In this document: piece by piece, positions 1-10,035 of the stretch | How positions within the stretch are numbered: the first letter of the stretch is position 1 | How the letters are laid out: each line of letters begins with the position of its first letter | Assembly: GCA_965228855.1 (NCBI GenBank) | Contig: CBDDIJ010000003.1 | Location: forward strand, 768,001 to 832,000 | Direction: 5' to 3' | Length of the DNA: 64,000 nt | From: Candidatus Obscuribacterales bacterium | Lineage (GTDB): Bacteria; Cyanobacteriota; Vampirovibrionia; Obscuribacterales; Obscuribacteraceae | The notes under the pieces: generated by a model | What the model was told of the DNA's origin: nothing | Database searches by the model: none | Seen by the model: only the letters and a program-made list of their open reading frames with translations | Made by a program: the position numbers and the translations under genes

Positions 1-1
1 G

Positions 2-202
2 ATGATCTCCATGCTTCAGGACCAAATGGACAAGGGCATTATCGATAGCTACGACCCTCGAGGTTTGGCCTCGCTTATCTTCGGTATCATGCACAGTGTC
101 GTTATGGGCGTGGTTGTGTTTAAGGACTATCCTCTAGAAATATATCGCGAGACGGCCGCAAAAATTCTACGCAAGGCTCTTCAGCCCAGCGCTACTGCGT
201 AA
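2..202 (+). CDS. 3' end of a probable TetR-family regulator (truncated by window edge)
   Basis: The ..DKGIIDSYDPRGLASLIFGIMH.. pattern is typical of TetR C-terminal helices; the N-terminus lies outside the window. Confidence 0.5.
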   Translation: MISMLQDQMDKGIIDSYDPRGLASLIFGIMHSVVMGVVVFKDYPLEIYRETAAKILRKALQPSATA

Positions 203-2519
203 GCGTAAAGTTCGCTTCCTTCACATCGCGGCTATTCGTCCCGATAAACACTTTGAAGTCGCCTGGTTCTGCGCCATATTTCAGATCCGAATTGTAGAAC
301 TTCAAGTCGTCGAGGGTAATCTTGAACGCGACTGTTTTCGTTTCACCCGGCTCGAGAGTGATTGGCTGGAAACCTTTCAGTTCCTTGACGGGACGCGTGA
401 TGCTGCCAACCATGTCTCGTATGTAGAGCTGGACAACTTCCGTGCCTGCGCGCTTACTTGTGTTCGTGACAGTTACCGATGCCGTCAGAGTGTCAGCTGG
501 AGCCATCTTGTTAGACCCGAGCGTGATATCGCTATAGTTAAACTGCGAGTAACTCAAGCCGTAGCCGAACGGGTAAAGTGGATAGTTGGAAACATCCAGG
601 TACTTTGATTTGTATTTTTCGCGGTCATCAAAAGGTCTGCCGGTGTTTTTCGCGTTGTAATAGATTGGAATTTGACCGACGTTTACGGGGAAGCTCATGG
701 TGAGTTTTCCTGATGGGTTAGCGTCTCCGAAAAGAAGGTCGACGGTCGCGGCACCAGCCATGGTACCACCGAACCAGGTCTCCAGAATAGCATCCATGTT
801 TGCGTCTTCCCAGGGCAGGGTAAGCGGACGACCATTTTCCAGAACCAGAACAATCGGCTTGCCGGTCGCCTTCAACGCCTTTAGCAACGCCACCTGATTG
901 TCGAACAAACCGATCATGCTGCGGCTTGCCGCTTCACCGCTCATGATAAACGGTTCTCCGACACACGCGACAACCACATCAGCTTTGTTGGCTATTGAAA
1001 CCGCTTCCGATATCATTTCGGATGGCGACTTTGCGTCCGGAGTGATCATGCCACCATCGCGGTTTAGCTTCTCCGCCAGCAAAGGATCGTCCATAATGTT
1101 GCAGCCTTTGGCATAGAGAAAAGTGTTGCCACTGAATTTGGTGCTCAGCGCATCCCAAATGCTCACCGACTGTTTCCAATCGCCGGCTCCGCTCCAACTG
1201 CCGATTGTGCTGCGTTGATCCTTCACCATTGGTCCGATGAAGGCTATCTTTTGTTTCGGATTGAGAGGCAAGATCTGGTTTTTGTTCTTCAACAAAACGG
1301 CGCTTTTAATGGCGGTCTCTTTGCTGAGTTCTTTCTTTTGAGGAGTCATCGTCTCAGCTTTTTTGCGGTCTTCGCTCATGAAACGATAAGGGTCATCAAA
1401 CAGCCCAAGCTCGTATTTAGCATTCAAAACTCTGCGGCATGCATCGTCGATCAGCTTTTCATTTACTCTGCCTTCTTTTACCAACTGAGCACCATATTTG
1501 GTGAAGAGCTCACCAACCATGTCCTGATCGATACCTGCCTTAAAAGCCAGTTCTGCAACTTTAGCCTCGTCACCGACTCCGTGATTAATCATCTCGGGGA
1601 TGCCTGTATAGTCGGTACAAATAAATCCTTTGAAGCCCCATTGGTCTCTCAGAATGTCCGTCATCAGCCATTTGTTGGCGGTTGCCGGAACACCATTGAC
1701 CTCGTTGAAAGATGCCATTGCTGTCGCAACTCCGGCATCGACCGCGGCTTTGTAAGGCGGCATGTAGTCGTTGAACATCTTCACGGGGCTCATGTCGACG
1801 GTGTTGTAGTCGCGTCCGGCTTCAGCCCCACCATACAATGCGTAGTGTTTAACGCAGGCAAGAACTTTGTCTGCGTTTTCATAGCCGTTACCTTGATATC
1901 CGCGCACCATTGCCTTTGCGATTTCACTTCCGAGAAACGGGTCTTCGCCGGCTCCCTCCGTGCAACGTCCCCATCTGGGATCTCTTGCGATATCGACCAT
2001 TGGCGAAAAGGTCCAGTTGAGTCCATCTGCTGAAGCTTCGCTCGCGGCAGCGCTCGCGGTTTTTTGAATCAGACCCATGTCCCATGAGCACGACAACCCC
2101 AGGGGAATAGGGAAAATCGTGCGGTGTCCATGGATAACGTCATAACCGAACAACAACGGGATTTTTAACCGAGTTTCGTTGACAGCCATTTCCTGAAGTT
2201 TCCGAACCGCAGACGGTGTGAACATATTAAAGACGCCGCCGACGAGACCCTTCTTGATTTTCGCGTCCACATCCTGGCTCACGACTGGACCGGTAACATC
2301 AAAGCCGATGGAAAGCAGGTTCATCTGTCCGATCTTCTCTTCGAGCGTCATCTTGCTCATGAGGTCGGAAACAAATGCGTTCATTTTTTGCTTCGCCGAA
2401 TTTGATTGCTGCTCGGAACTCGACTGCTGATCAGCGATTTTTGTAGCGGCCATTGCAGGAAGCGGCATCGTGCCTACCTGCAACGCAATCAAAAATGATG
2501 TCAACCAGGGTTTCATCAT
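192..2519 (-). CDS. bglX: Secreted/periplasmic GH3 beta-glucosidase (BglX-like) with C-terminal FnIII-like domain
   Basis: Signal peptide; MTLEEKIGQ, DVIHG, RDPRWGR, KHYA, GFICTDY nucleophile motif, NPSGKL, YPFGYGLSY, RPVKELKGF. Confidence 0.93.
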   Translation of the reverse strand: MMKPWLTSFLIALQVGTMPLPAMAATKIADQQSSSEQQSNSAKQKMNAFVSDLMSKMTLEEKIGQMNLLSIGFDVTGPVVSQDVDAKIKKGLVGGVFNMFTPSAVRKLQEMAVNETRLKIPLLFGYDVIHGHRTIFPIPLGLSCSWDMGLIQKTASAAASEASADGLNWTFSPMVDIARDPRWGRCTEGAGEDPFLGSEIAKAMVRGYQGNGYENADKVLACVKHYALYGGAEAGRDYNTVDMSPVKMFNDYMPPYKAAVDAGVATAMASFNEVNGVPATANKWLMTDILRDQWGFKGFICTDYTGIPEMINHGVGDEAKVAELAFKAGIDQDMVGELFTKYGAQLVKEGRVNEKLIDDACRRVLNAKYELGLFDDPYRFMSEDRKKAETMTPQKKELSKETAIKSAVLLKNKNQILPLNPKQKIAFIGPMVKDQRSTIGSWSGAGDWKQSVSIWDALSTKFSGNTFLYAKGCNIMDDPLLAEKLNRDGGMITPDAKSPSEMISEAVSIANKADVVVACVGEPFIMSGEAASRSMIGLFDNQVALLKALKATGKPIVLVLENGRPLTLPWEDANMDAILETWFGGTMAGAATVDLLFGDANPSGKLTMSFPVNVGQIPIYYNAKNTGRPFDDREKYKSKYLDVSNYPLYPFGYGLSYSQFNYSDITLGSNKMAPADTLTASVTVTNTSKRAGTEVVQLYIRDMVGSITRPVKELKGFQPITLEPGETKTVAFKITLDDLKFYNSDLKYGAEPGDFKVFIGTNSRDVKEANFTLTQ

Positions 2520-2738
2520 GACTTTCGAGTCTCCTATTCAAGGCTGATGATACAAAGACGCGCATGTTGTGAGATCTGCCCGCGAGTAAATCCAAATGCA
2601 AAAGCAGGAGATTCGCGCGACAAGATTTCCGGATTAGATTCGGGCACTCGGCAACCTTAATATCTAAACCAGCATCAAGTATCTCACCTTGAAAAGCCAA
2701 ATTGGAGCGATGCTCTTTCAGTTTGCCGACCGACCCAA

Positions 2739-3923
2739 CTATCTCGTGGCGGTCTGATTCTGGGCAAAGTTTTGAATAGATTTCACAAGCGATAATGCCA
2801 GTCCATCTGCCTGGAGCTGCTCGAAAGTGACGTTTTGCACAAAGTCAAACTTTGCGCCATAGCCCAGTAATTGATTGTCCATCGCGTCGAGAAATCTGCG
2901 ACCACGCCAATCGGCTCCGCCGATCTGAAAAAATACGACAGTCACCTCGTGCGGAGATTTCATCTGCTTGGATGCCTGGATCAGTGATTGTGCCACCATC
3001 ATTGGTTCCGTCCGTGGTACCGGGACACCATCTGTGATGACACCGATAAGGACTGGCTTGGAACCTGGCTTTCGGTTTCGGAAGTAGTTAGATAACCGAT
3101 CACGCAGCGGACGCGACAATCTGGTTCCACCGCTGAAGAACGGCTGGTCAAAGAGTTCTACAATATCGCTTGGTTTGGAATTCTCGTATACGTTATAGCC
3201 GGAAGCAAAGGTACTTAGCGTCAGACCTCGTGGCACAAAAGGCGCGAGCAAGTTCGAGAGATTTCGGGCTTGCATTCCGCACCACTCCCATCGCGACAGT
3301 CCGTTGGGACAATCGCGTTGTCTCATAGATTTTGATTCGTCGATGATGAGCTCCACATCATACTGTGCGAGAAGTTGAACCGAAACATTTCCCTGGAGTG
3401 GCGCTTTCTGCGCACCGTTAAACAGACCATTTCGGTTGGCGTTCAATTGAAACGGAACGTGGTCTCCTGAGGCGGTTTGAGATTGCAGGCGCTGCGGGGC
3501 TGTTTGGGGCATAGCGGTAGCCCGACCCTGTAATGTATTCTGGGAAGCTTGTCCGTTTAATGCAGGAGGGAACGCCGCTGCAGCACTTGGAACAAGGGGT
3601 TGCAGTTTGTCGCTGGAGCCGCTGTTTACGTCTTCCTCAGCCTGAATGTGCAGTTTCTTCGCGTTGAGCTGAAACGGTTTTCCTTCCAGATACTGGGATG
3701 GCGCCGAATCTGCGCTTTCCGTCTGAGTCGTTCCCTGAGAACCCGGTCTTCTTAAGCGATGCGGAGCCGGTGCTACTGTCGGCTCAATCTCCTCGGACCG
3801 TGCGTAAGCCGGTTGCGTGAAAATTGAATGCGTTCCATTCAAGCCGAACGGAAGCGCACAAATTAGGGAACCCGTTGCGAGGATGACGCTTAGTGCTTTG
3901 CGATGGGCTGTTCCGCCTGACAA
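2739..3923 (-). CDS. Secreted/membrane-anchored protein with low-complexity N-region and C-terminal VWA (MIDAS) domain
   Basis: Hydrophobic N-terminus; IIDESKSM (DxSxS), GGTRL, VITDG, FFQIG. Confidence 0.8.
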   Translation of the reverse strand: MSGGTAHRKALSVILATGSLICALPFGLNGTHSIFTQPAYARSEEIEPTVAPAPHRLRRPGSQGTTQTESADSAPSQYLEGKPFQLNAKKLHIQAEEDVNSGSSDKLQPLVPSAAAAFPPALNGQASQNTLQGRATAMPQTAPQRLQSQTASGDHVPFQLNANRNGLFNGAQKAPLQGNVSVQLLAQYDVELIIDESKSMRQRDCPNGLSRWEWCGMQARNLSNLLAPFVPRGLTLSTFASGYNVYENSKPSDIVELFDQPFFSGGTRLSRPLRDRLSNYFRNRKPGSKPVLIGVITDGVPVPRTEPMMVAQSLIQASKQMKSPHEVTVVFFQIGGADWRGRRFLDAMDNQLLGYGAKFDFVQNVTFEQLQADGLALSLVKSIQNFAQNQTATR

Positions 3924-4068
3924 GACGCTCGATTCCTTTTGGGTGGAAGGCTGCTAATCGTGCTTCATGCAAATCAGCCTCTAATATATAGAACGTAAAA
4001 ACTGACCAAATGGTTCAATTTCAAAGATTAAATCTTGAAATCGTCTGCGCCTTATTTAGCGCCTCCAA

Positions 4069-5685
4069 TTAATGGGCACCAGCATTGCCGGCTCCGCTGG
4101 TTTTCTTCAGGAATATGACTGCGATTACGCTGGCGATAACCACAAACGAAAGGAGAAGGAAGGCGTCGTTGTAAGCCTGTATGTATGACTCTCTGCGAAC
4201 AATTCGATCCAGCATCTTGGTGGCTTCCTGTGCTGCGAGCACTGAATCCGCGCCGCGTGTTATGAACATTTGCGTGTATTGATTCAGACGCTCCTGGACG
4301 ACAGGAGCAGTCATGTGAATTGCTTCGCCAATTCGAGAGGAGTGCAGTTGTTCGCGTTGCGTCACAAAGGTTGAGACCATAGCAACACCGATTGACCCTC
4401 CCAGGTTTCTCATCATGTTAAACAACGACGAGGCCGGAGCAGCTTCCTCTGGTTTGATATCACCGGTGGTGAGCGTCGAAAGTGGTACCATAATTAGTGG
4501 CTGACCCATTGCTCGCACAAGGTTTGAGATTAGAAACTGCGGACCGGCTGTGTCATGTGTCATTGATGAGCTGAGAAATGAGCTGAGCGCGAAAATGGTG
4601 AGGCCTAAGCCCAGTAAAATTCTAGAATCGAATCGTTGCATCAACTTCGGCACAAAAGGAATGATGAGGAGCTGTGGCAGTCCAAGCCAGACCAGGACTT
4701 CGCCAATCTGCAAAGGACTGTATGCCTGGATCTGCGCCAGATAAGTGGGCATCAAATAAATTGACCCGTAAAGACCGACGCCGAGAGCGACGTTCGCCAC
4801 ACTGCCTAAACCGAAGTTGCGATTTGTCAGCAAGCGCAGATGCAGGAGCGGATGTTTTGTTCTCAGCTCATGCCAGATCAAAATCGCAAGCGAAACAGCT
4901 GCAATAATCGCCAGGTTGACGATCATTGGCGAGCCGAACCAGTCTTTGCGGTTGCCTTCCTCAAGCACGACCTCAAGACAGCCGAGACCAAGTGCCATTG
5001 TGAACATGCCGAGCCAGTCGCCCTGCTTCAGGAGTTTCAGGTCAAGCTTTTCCTTAGGCAATGCGTACAGCATCAGGCCGATGAGCACCATTCCTGGTAT
5101 CAAGTTTAAGTAAAATATATAACGCCAATTGAAGGTATCGGTCAGCCATCCGCCTATGGCCGGTCCAATCGAAGGCGCGAATGTGGCTGTAACCGCAAAT
5201 ATCGCCATGCCTATTGTTCTCTTGGCTGGAGGCAAGCTGGTCAAGATAATAGTCAATGACATCGGAATGAGTGTACCGCCTGTAAAACCTTGCAGCGCGC
5301 GGAATACGATCATCGAGTTTAAATCCCATGCGAAGGCGCAACACATGGAAAAGATAACGAAGAGGAAGGCGTTTACCACCACATACCAGCGGGTCGTGAA
5401 GACCCGAGAGAGGTAAGCTGTCAATGGTATCGTTATAATTTCCGCTACCAGATAGGATGTCGCAACCCACGTCCCTTCATCTAAAGTCGCACCAATTGCG
5501 CCCTGGATATCTTGAAGAGACGAATTTACGATTTGAATGTCGAGAACCGCCATGAATGCGCCTAGTGCAGCTCCGAGGACGGCGACCCAGCTTTTAAACG
5601 GTATTTTTACATCTTCTACTTCGTTCGCTTTTGCTTCAGCGATTTTCGTATTTTTGTTTTTGCTTGACTGACTCATGACGTACAC
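4069..5685 (-). CDS. emrB: DHA2-family MFS multidrug efflux permease (EmrB/QacA-like)
   Basis: FMAVLDIQIVNS, WVATSYLVAE, FRALQG, GPAIGGWLTD, FNMMRNLGGSIG; many hydrophobic segments. Confidence 0.9.
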   Translation of the reverse strand: MYVMSQSSKNKNTKIAEAKANEVEDVKIPFKSWVAVLGAALGAFMAVLDIQIVNSSLQDIQGAIGATLDEGTWVATSYLVAEIITIPLTAYLSRVFTTRWYVVVNAFLFVIFSMCCAFAWDLNSMIVFRALQGFTGGTLIPMSLTIILTSLPPAKRTIGMAIFAVTATFAPSIGPAIGGWLTDTFNWRYIFYLNLIPGMVLIGLMLYALPKEKLDLKLLKQGDWLGMFTMALGLGCLEVVLEEGNRKDWFGSPMIVNLAIIAAVSLAILIWHELRTKHPLLHLRLLTNRNFGLGSVANVALGVGLYGSIYLMPTYLAQIQAYSPLQIGEVLVWLGLPQLLIIPFVPKLMQRFDSRILLGLGLTIFALSSFLSSSMTHDTAGPQFLISNLVRAMGQPLIMVPLSTLTTGDIKPEEAAPASSLFNMMRNLGGSIGVAMVSTFVTQREQLHSSRIGEAIHMTAPVVQERLNQYTQMFITRGADSVLAAQEATKMLDRIVRRESYIQAYNDAFLLLSFVVIASVIAVIFLKKTSGAGNAGAH

Positions 5686-5700
5686 CCGATTGCGGGTTAC

Positions 5701-7290
5701 CTAGCTCTTTACGTGAGTCGATAACTCGATTTGTTTTGCTGCCGATTTGCCATTGGCTAAAGCAGAATTGTCTTCCGAATGATTTTGATTTACCGTGGTG
5801 CCATCCTTAACATCAACGCTGACAACCACTGACATGCCAGGTACCAGGAGGTTTTCGAAGCCTTTTGTGCTGTTTCTGTCGAACCTTATCTTTACAGGAA
5901 CACGCTGAACAATTTTAGTGAAATTGCCGGTTGCGTTATCTGGCGGCAACAATGCAAAGCTCGCGCCACTACCAGGAGAGACACTATCAACGGTGCCGGC
6001 AAATTCATGATTCGGAAAGGAGTCGACTTTGATTTCGACCTTTTGATTCGGTCGCATGCGCTCCAGTTGTGTTTCTTTGAAGTTAGCGACCACCCAGATA
6101 TCGTCCGCGACGATAGTCATCAATTGTTGTCCAGGTTGGACGCGTTGTCCGGCTTCAACGGTTTTCTTGCCGATACGACCATCGACGGGCGAAACTATTT
6201 TTGTATAGGACAATTGCAGTTGCGCGTCTTTTAAAGCAGCTTCGGCCTGATGGATAGAGGCTTGAGCGACGCTGAATTGTTTTTCGTTGACGGTCGTTTG
6301 AACGTGCGTTGCTTGAGCTTGTTCCACCAGTCCGTGTGATTGCGTAACTTGAGCACGGGCCGCTTTCACTGCTTGCTGCGCTTGTTGAAGTTTAAAACTG
6401 GTTTGTTTCAAGGCTTCGGCAGCCGCTTCTCGCGAGCTTTTCGCAACTTCGAAATCGCGAATCGCCGTATCTCGTTGTTGATAGGAAACTGCGCCCTGGC
6501 TTGCAAGAGTTACAAAACGTTTTCCGTCAGCCTTTGCGCGCGTCTCTTCCGCTTCTTTTGCTCGCAATTCAGCTTCTGCTTTTGGCACGGCAGCCTGAGC
6601 TTCGAGGAGCATCGCTTCGCTTCGTTTCAGTTCCGCTTGCGCGTCGACTACGCCGGCTTCGGCTTCGGTGCTTTTGCCTGTGGCAGTTGTTGCTGCCAGG
6701 GTAATGTTTGTCTTTGCCGCTTCCGCTTGATGTTGAGCTAGTTCTAGTGCTGCTTTCGCTTGCGCGACCTTAACTTCGTAATCGTTAGGATCGAGTATGG
6801 CAAGCACCTGTCCTTTCTTAACGTGTTGGTTATCATCAACGAGAACGTTTTCCACTGTGTCGTTGATCCGGCTGCTCACCTGGTGCTGGTGACCGGTGGT
6901 GTACGCGTCGTCGGTTTCCTGATGTGAAATGAAATTTTGGAAAGCGTGATAACCGGCTACGCCACCTAGTGATAGTAGACCTAACACAAGCGAGGTCAGT
7001 AGAACTTTTTTGAAGAGGTGCCGCCGTACGTGCTTGACGGGCAAATCCGTCGATTGGTCGGCGTCAAGGTTGCCGGGGTGGAAATCGACAGGGATTTGAG
7101 ACTCAAGTGGTTCAGTGTCGGTTCGGTCAATGGTAGCGGGAAAAGCCATATTTATGTTTTCCAGCTTGGGATCGGAGAAAGTCTCTTGGGGTGTGGCTTT
7201 CGGCGTGAAGGTATTTAGCGAAGCGGCAGCTGACCCGCTGGCATTGGCGGTCCCTGCGTCGCTGATGGTTAATGTTGTAGAGCCGTACAT
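5701..7290 (-). CDS. emrA: HlyD/EmrA-family membrane fusion protein
   Basis: One TM helix, ETDDAY, coiled-coil hairpin, ANFKETQL, FALLPPDNATGNFTKIVQRVPVKI. Confidence 0.92.
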   Translation of the reverse strand: MYGSTTLTISDAGTANASGSAAASLNTFTPKATPQETFSDPKLENINMAFPATIDRTDTEPLESQIPVDFHPGNLDADQSTDLPVKHVRRHLFKKVLLTSLVLGLLSLGGVAGYHAFQNFISHQETDDAYTTGHQHQVSSRINDTVENVLVDDNQHVKKGQVLAILDPNDYEVKVAQAKAALELAQHQAEAAKTNITLAATTATGKSTEAEAGVVDAQAELKRSEAMLLEAQAAVPKAEAELRAKEAEETRAKADGKRFVTLASQGAVSYQQRDTAIRDFEVAKSSREAAAEALKQTSFKLQQAQQAVKAARAQVTQSHGLVEQAQATHVQTTVNEKQFSVAQASIHQAEAALKDAQLQLSYTKIVSPVDGRIGKKTVEAGQRVQPGQQLMTIVADDIWVVANFKETQLERMRPNQKVEIKVDSFPNHEFAGTVDSVSPGSGASFALLPPDNATGNFTKIVQRVPVKIRFDRNSTKGFENLLVPGMSVVVSVDVKDGTTVNQNHSEDNSALANGKSAAKQIELSTHVKS

Positions 7291-7307
7291 TGTGTTTTCC
7301 TTTTGGA

Positions 7308-7440
7308 TAACTAACTATCCAGTTAGTTAATAGCATAGATCCGAAACCACATAACTGTCAAGTTATCCTTAATCCTTTATATAGATGGCGTTCAGCACTT
7401 GGGCAAACCGACGATTTCGGTGTTAAACTAAATAGTTAGT
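7308..7440. promoter_or_regulatory. Three AACT-N4-AGTT operator-like boxes between divergent emrA and tetR
   Basis: TAACTAACT-atcc-AGTTAGTTA (7308-7329, perfect), ATAACT-gtca-AGTTAT (7351-7366), AACT-aaat-AGTT (7426-7437). Confidence 0.7.
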
Positions 7441-7452
7441 AAGGAGAAAGCC

Positions 7453-8103
7453 GTGGCGAATTCACCAACTAGCCGGAAGAAAAAGGAAGCGGCGGGCTCG
7501 CGAGACGCCGAGCTCACCAAAAGCAGAATTTTGGACGCCGCCGAGGATGAATTTGCCAGGGGCGGGTTGCTCGGTGCCCGCACTGAAGCCATCGCCGCCA
7601 ATACGAAAGTCACAAAGGCGATGATTTACTATTATTTCGAGGACAAAGAAAAGCTGTACCTGGCAGTTCTAGAGCGCGCATTCGCTCGGAGAGTGGCCGC
7701 TGTTCAGCAGCTCGACCTGGTCAGCACGCCTCCGGAAGAGGCTTTGCGGGCGATCGGGCAAAGTTTCATCTCTGAAGTTACCCGCCATCCCAACCTTTCG
7801 ACGATTCTGATATTCGAGGCAATTCAGAATAAGGGACGCTTCTATAAGGATATAGCGATCGCCACCCTTTACGCGCCTATGTCGCAGATTATCGAAAGGG
7901 GCGTCAAAGAGGGAGTGTTCAGAAAGGTTGACCCGCGCCACGCCGCGGTGAATATCATGGGTGCGTGCGTTTTCTACTTCTGTGCTCGAGAGAACGTAAA
8001 ACACCTCTGGGAGCCGGGGACTGATCTTCTGAGCCCCGAGATGGCATCGCAACATCTCGATGAAGCGATGGAATTTGTGATCGCTGGTTTGCGAGCGCGT
8101 TAA
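7453..8103 (+). CDS. TetR/AcrR-family transcriptional regulator
   Basis: RILDAAEDEFARGG...TEAIA...TKAMIYYYFEDKEKLY HTH; AGGAG RBS before GTG; divergent from the efflux pump. Confidence 0.93.
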   Translation: MANSPTSRKKKEAAGSRDAELTKSRILDAAEDEFARGGLLGARTEAIAANTKVTKAMIYYYFEDKEKLYLAVLERAFARRVAAVQQLDLVSTPPEEALRAIGQSFISEVTRHPNLSTILIFEAIQNKGRFYKDIAIATLYAPMSQIIERGVKEGVFRKVDPRHAAVNIMGACVFYFCARENVKHLWEPGTDLLSPEMASQHLDEAMEFVIAGLRAR

Positions 8104-8209
8104 AGGGTGCCTCATCAATTGCCGACATGATTTGGAGCGACTTGCTCCGAACTGATTGGTTTCGAGTTAGACTAGGCATATTGAATCCGCCGCCGAGGCT
8201 CGTGTAATC

Positions 8210-9919
8210 ATGTCCACCGATATCGACTCAATCGCGTTTCCAACTCTGACTCAGCAGGAGATAAACATCCTCTCGAAGATCGCCCAGTGTACGGAATTTG
8301 CAGACGGCGAATATGTTTTTCGCGCAGGGGAATCGCAGGCAGACTTGTTTGTGGTGCGTGAAGGTGCGATCGAAATCATCAATCCTCACGAAAATGACAA
8401 AACGGTGGTTGTTCACGGTGTTGGCAATTTCACTGGCGATATCGATATCTTGACCGGTCGTCCTGTTCTTGTAGACGGCATTGCCCGTGGTGTCACTCGA
8501 TGCTGCCGAATTCCTTCGTCCAAACTGCAGGAGGTTTTGACAAAGGTTCCCCGGCTATCTGAAAAACTTCTTGTTGCCTTTCAGCAGCGTCGGCAACTAC
8601 TGACTGAATTCGGCAAACTCGGACTGTCAGTCGTTGGTTATGCGCGATGCCACCATACAACCGTTATTCGTGAGTTTCTACACCGCAACTTTGTCCCGCA
8701 TCATTTTCTTGATGTCGAAACCATGGATGAGGATGAACTGCGTTCCCTCAACTGTGGAGAAACCTTTCCAGTTGTTCGCTGTCTCAACAAATCCGATTTG
8801 GTTCAACCCACTCCTCGTGATGTTGCTGAAGCTGCCGGTATCTGGCGGCATTGTCCATCTCAGAAAGTCGATGTCGCGATTGTCGGAGCTGGTCCAGCAG
8901 GTATAGCCGCTGCTGTTTACTCTGCCTCTGAAGGACTTTCTACGGTTGTCCTCGATAGTATAGGACCTGGTGGACAGGCAGGCGCTTCTTCAAAGATCGA
9001 AAATTTCATCGGCTTTCCATCTGGTCTGAGTGGAACGGATCTGGCTACCCGTGGCATTCTGCAAATGCTGAAGTTCGGCGCGAAAATGGTTGCACCGGTG
9101 GTAGTGACAAAGTTGGAACCGCCCAGCAAGGGGAATTGTTATCACTCATTGCACCTCGATTGTGGTGCGATCATCAAAGCTCGTGTAGTTCTCGTTGCCA
9201 CGGGAGTGAAGTGGCGAAAGTTGGAAGCGAAGAACGCTGATGTTTTCGAGCGGGCCGGCGTCTACTACGCCTGTACAGCCGTCGAGGCGCTGCTTCACGA
9301 CGGGGAAGACGTCGTTGTTGTCGGCGCCGGTAACTCGGCGGGACAAGCGGCCATGTATCTCTCTGAGTGTTGCCCGACGCGAACTGTACATATGGTTGTG
9401 CGCAATCAGTTTGGTCCATCGATGTCCGAGTATCTCTGTGCTCGCATTCGGTCGAGCCACAATATTCGGGTTCACGAGGGAGCTAACGTCACCGAAATTC
9501 ATGGTAAGGATGGACTCATAGAGCGCGTCACCATAGTTGAGAAGGATGGATCAAGCAAGGACCGACCGGCTGCGGCTGTTTTCGTGTTCATTGGTTCTGA
9601 GCCTTGCACGAGTTGGCTTCCCGCAGAGATGGCAAAGGACGAAAAAGGTTTTGTCCTCACCGGATTGCAGGTTATAAACGCCAACAAATGGCCGCTGACG
9701 TCACGCGAACCGTGCCCGTTAGAAACATCAGTGCCGGGCATCATTGCCGCGGGCGACGTGCGAAGCGGCTCTACAAAGCGTGTCGGTTTTGCCGTAGGTG
9801 ATGGCTCACAGGCGGTTTCATGCATCCACACTTTATTGACCTTGGCCGAGGATTGTGCGATGCCCATTCCGGATGAAGTCGTCGAAGCCATGAAGACGGT
9901 CAAGGAAGCAGCTGTTTAG
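8210..9919 (+). CDS. Cyclic-nucleotide-binding domain fused to thioredoxin-reductase-like FAD oxidoreductase
   Basis: N-terminal cNMP fold (FRAGE..DLFVVREG..GNFTGDI); GAGPAG, GGQAGASSKIENFIGFP, GAGNSA, AAGDVRSGS. Confidence 0.88.
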   Translation: MSTDIDSIAFPTLTQQEINILSKIAQCTEFADGEYVFRAGESQADLFVVREGAIEIINPHENDKTVVVHGVGNFTGDIDILTGRPVLVDGIARGVTRCCRIPSSKLQEVLTKVPRLSEKLLVAFQQRRQLLTEFGKLGLSVVGYARCHHTTVIREFLHRNFVPHHFLDVETMDEDELRSLNCGETFPVVRCLNKSDLVQPTPRDVAEAAGIWRHCPSQKVDVAIVGAGPAGIAAAVYSASEGLSTVVLDSIGPGGQAGASSKIENFIGFPSGLSGTDLATRGILQMLKFGAKMVAPVVVTKLEPPSKGNCYHSLHLDCGAIIKARVVLVATGVKWRKLEAKNADVFERAGVYYACTAVEALLHDGEDVVVVGAGNSAGQAAMYLSECCPTRTVHMVVRNQFGPSMSEYLCARIRSSHNIRVHEGANVTEIHGKDGLIERVTIVEKDGSSKDRPAAAVFVFIGSEPCTSWLPAEMAKDEKGFVLTGLQVINANKWPLTSREPCPLETSVPGIIAAGDVRSGSTKRVGFAVGDGSQAVSCIHTLLTLAEDCAMPIPDEVVEAMKTVKEAAV

Positions 9920-9925
9920 TCGCAG

Positions 9926-9964
9926 AAAGAAAAAAACGCGCCCCCGGAAAGAGGCGCGTTGTTT
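9926..9964. terminator. Intrinsic terminator between convergent genes (strongest on minus strand)
   Basis: Stem AACGCGCC/GGCGCGTT (9935-9960) with an A-tract on the left (U-tract on minus strand) and TTGTTT on the right. Confidence 0.8.
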
Positions 9965-9971
9965 AATCAAT

Positions 9972-10035
9972 CAGAGCGTTCCATTCGTTTAGAACTCTCC
10001 ATTCGTTCAGAGCGTTCCATTCATTCAGAACGTTC
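9972..10035. repeat. Imperfect 18-bp tandem repeat, about 3.5 units
   Basis: CAGAGCGTTCCATTCGTT / TAGAACTCTCCATTCGTT / CAGAGCGTTCCATTCATT / CAGAACGTTC. Confidence 0.85.

Noticed and set aside
1215..2033. 272-aa plus-strand ORF
   Set aside because: Antisense shadow of bglX with no recognisable motifs
4002..4017. CTGACCAAATGGTTCA resembling a RutR-type box upstream of the VWA gene
   Set aside because: Single imperfect copy that does not match the AACT-N4-AGTT boxes of the local TetR
9972..10035. CRISPR array
   Set aside because: Units are contiguous with no spacers, are too short, and no cas genes are present
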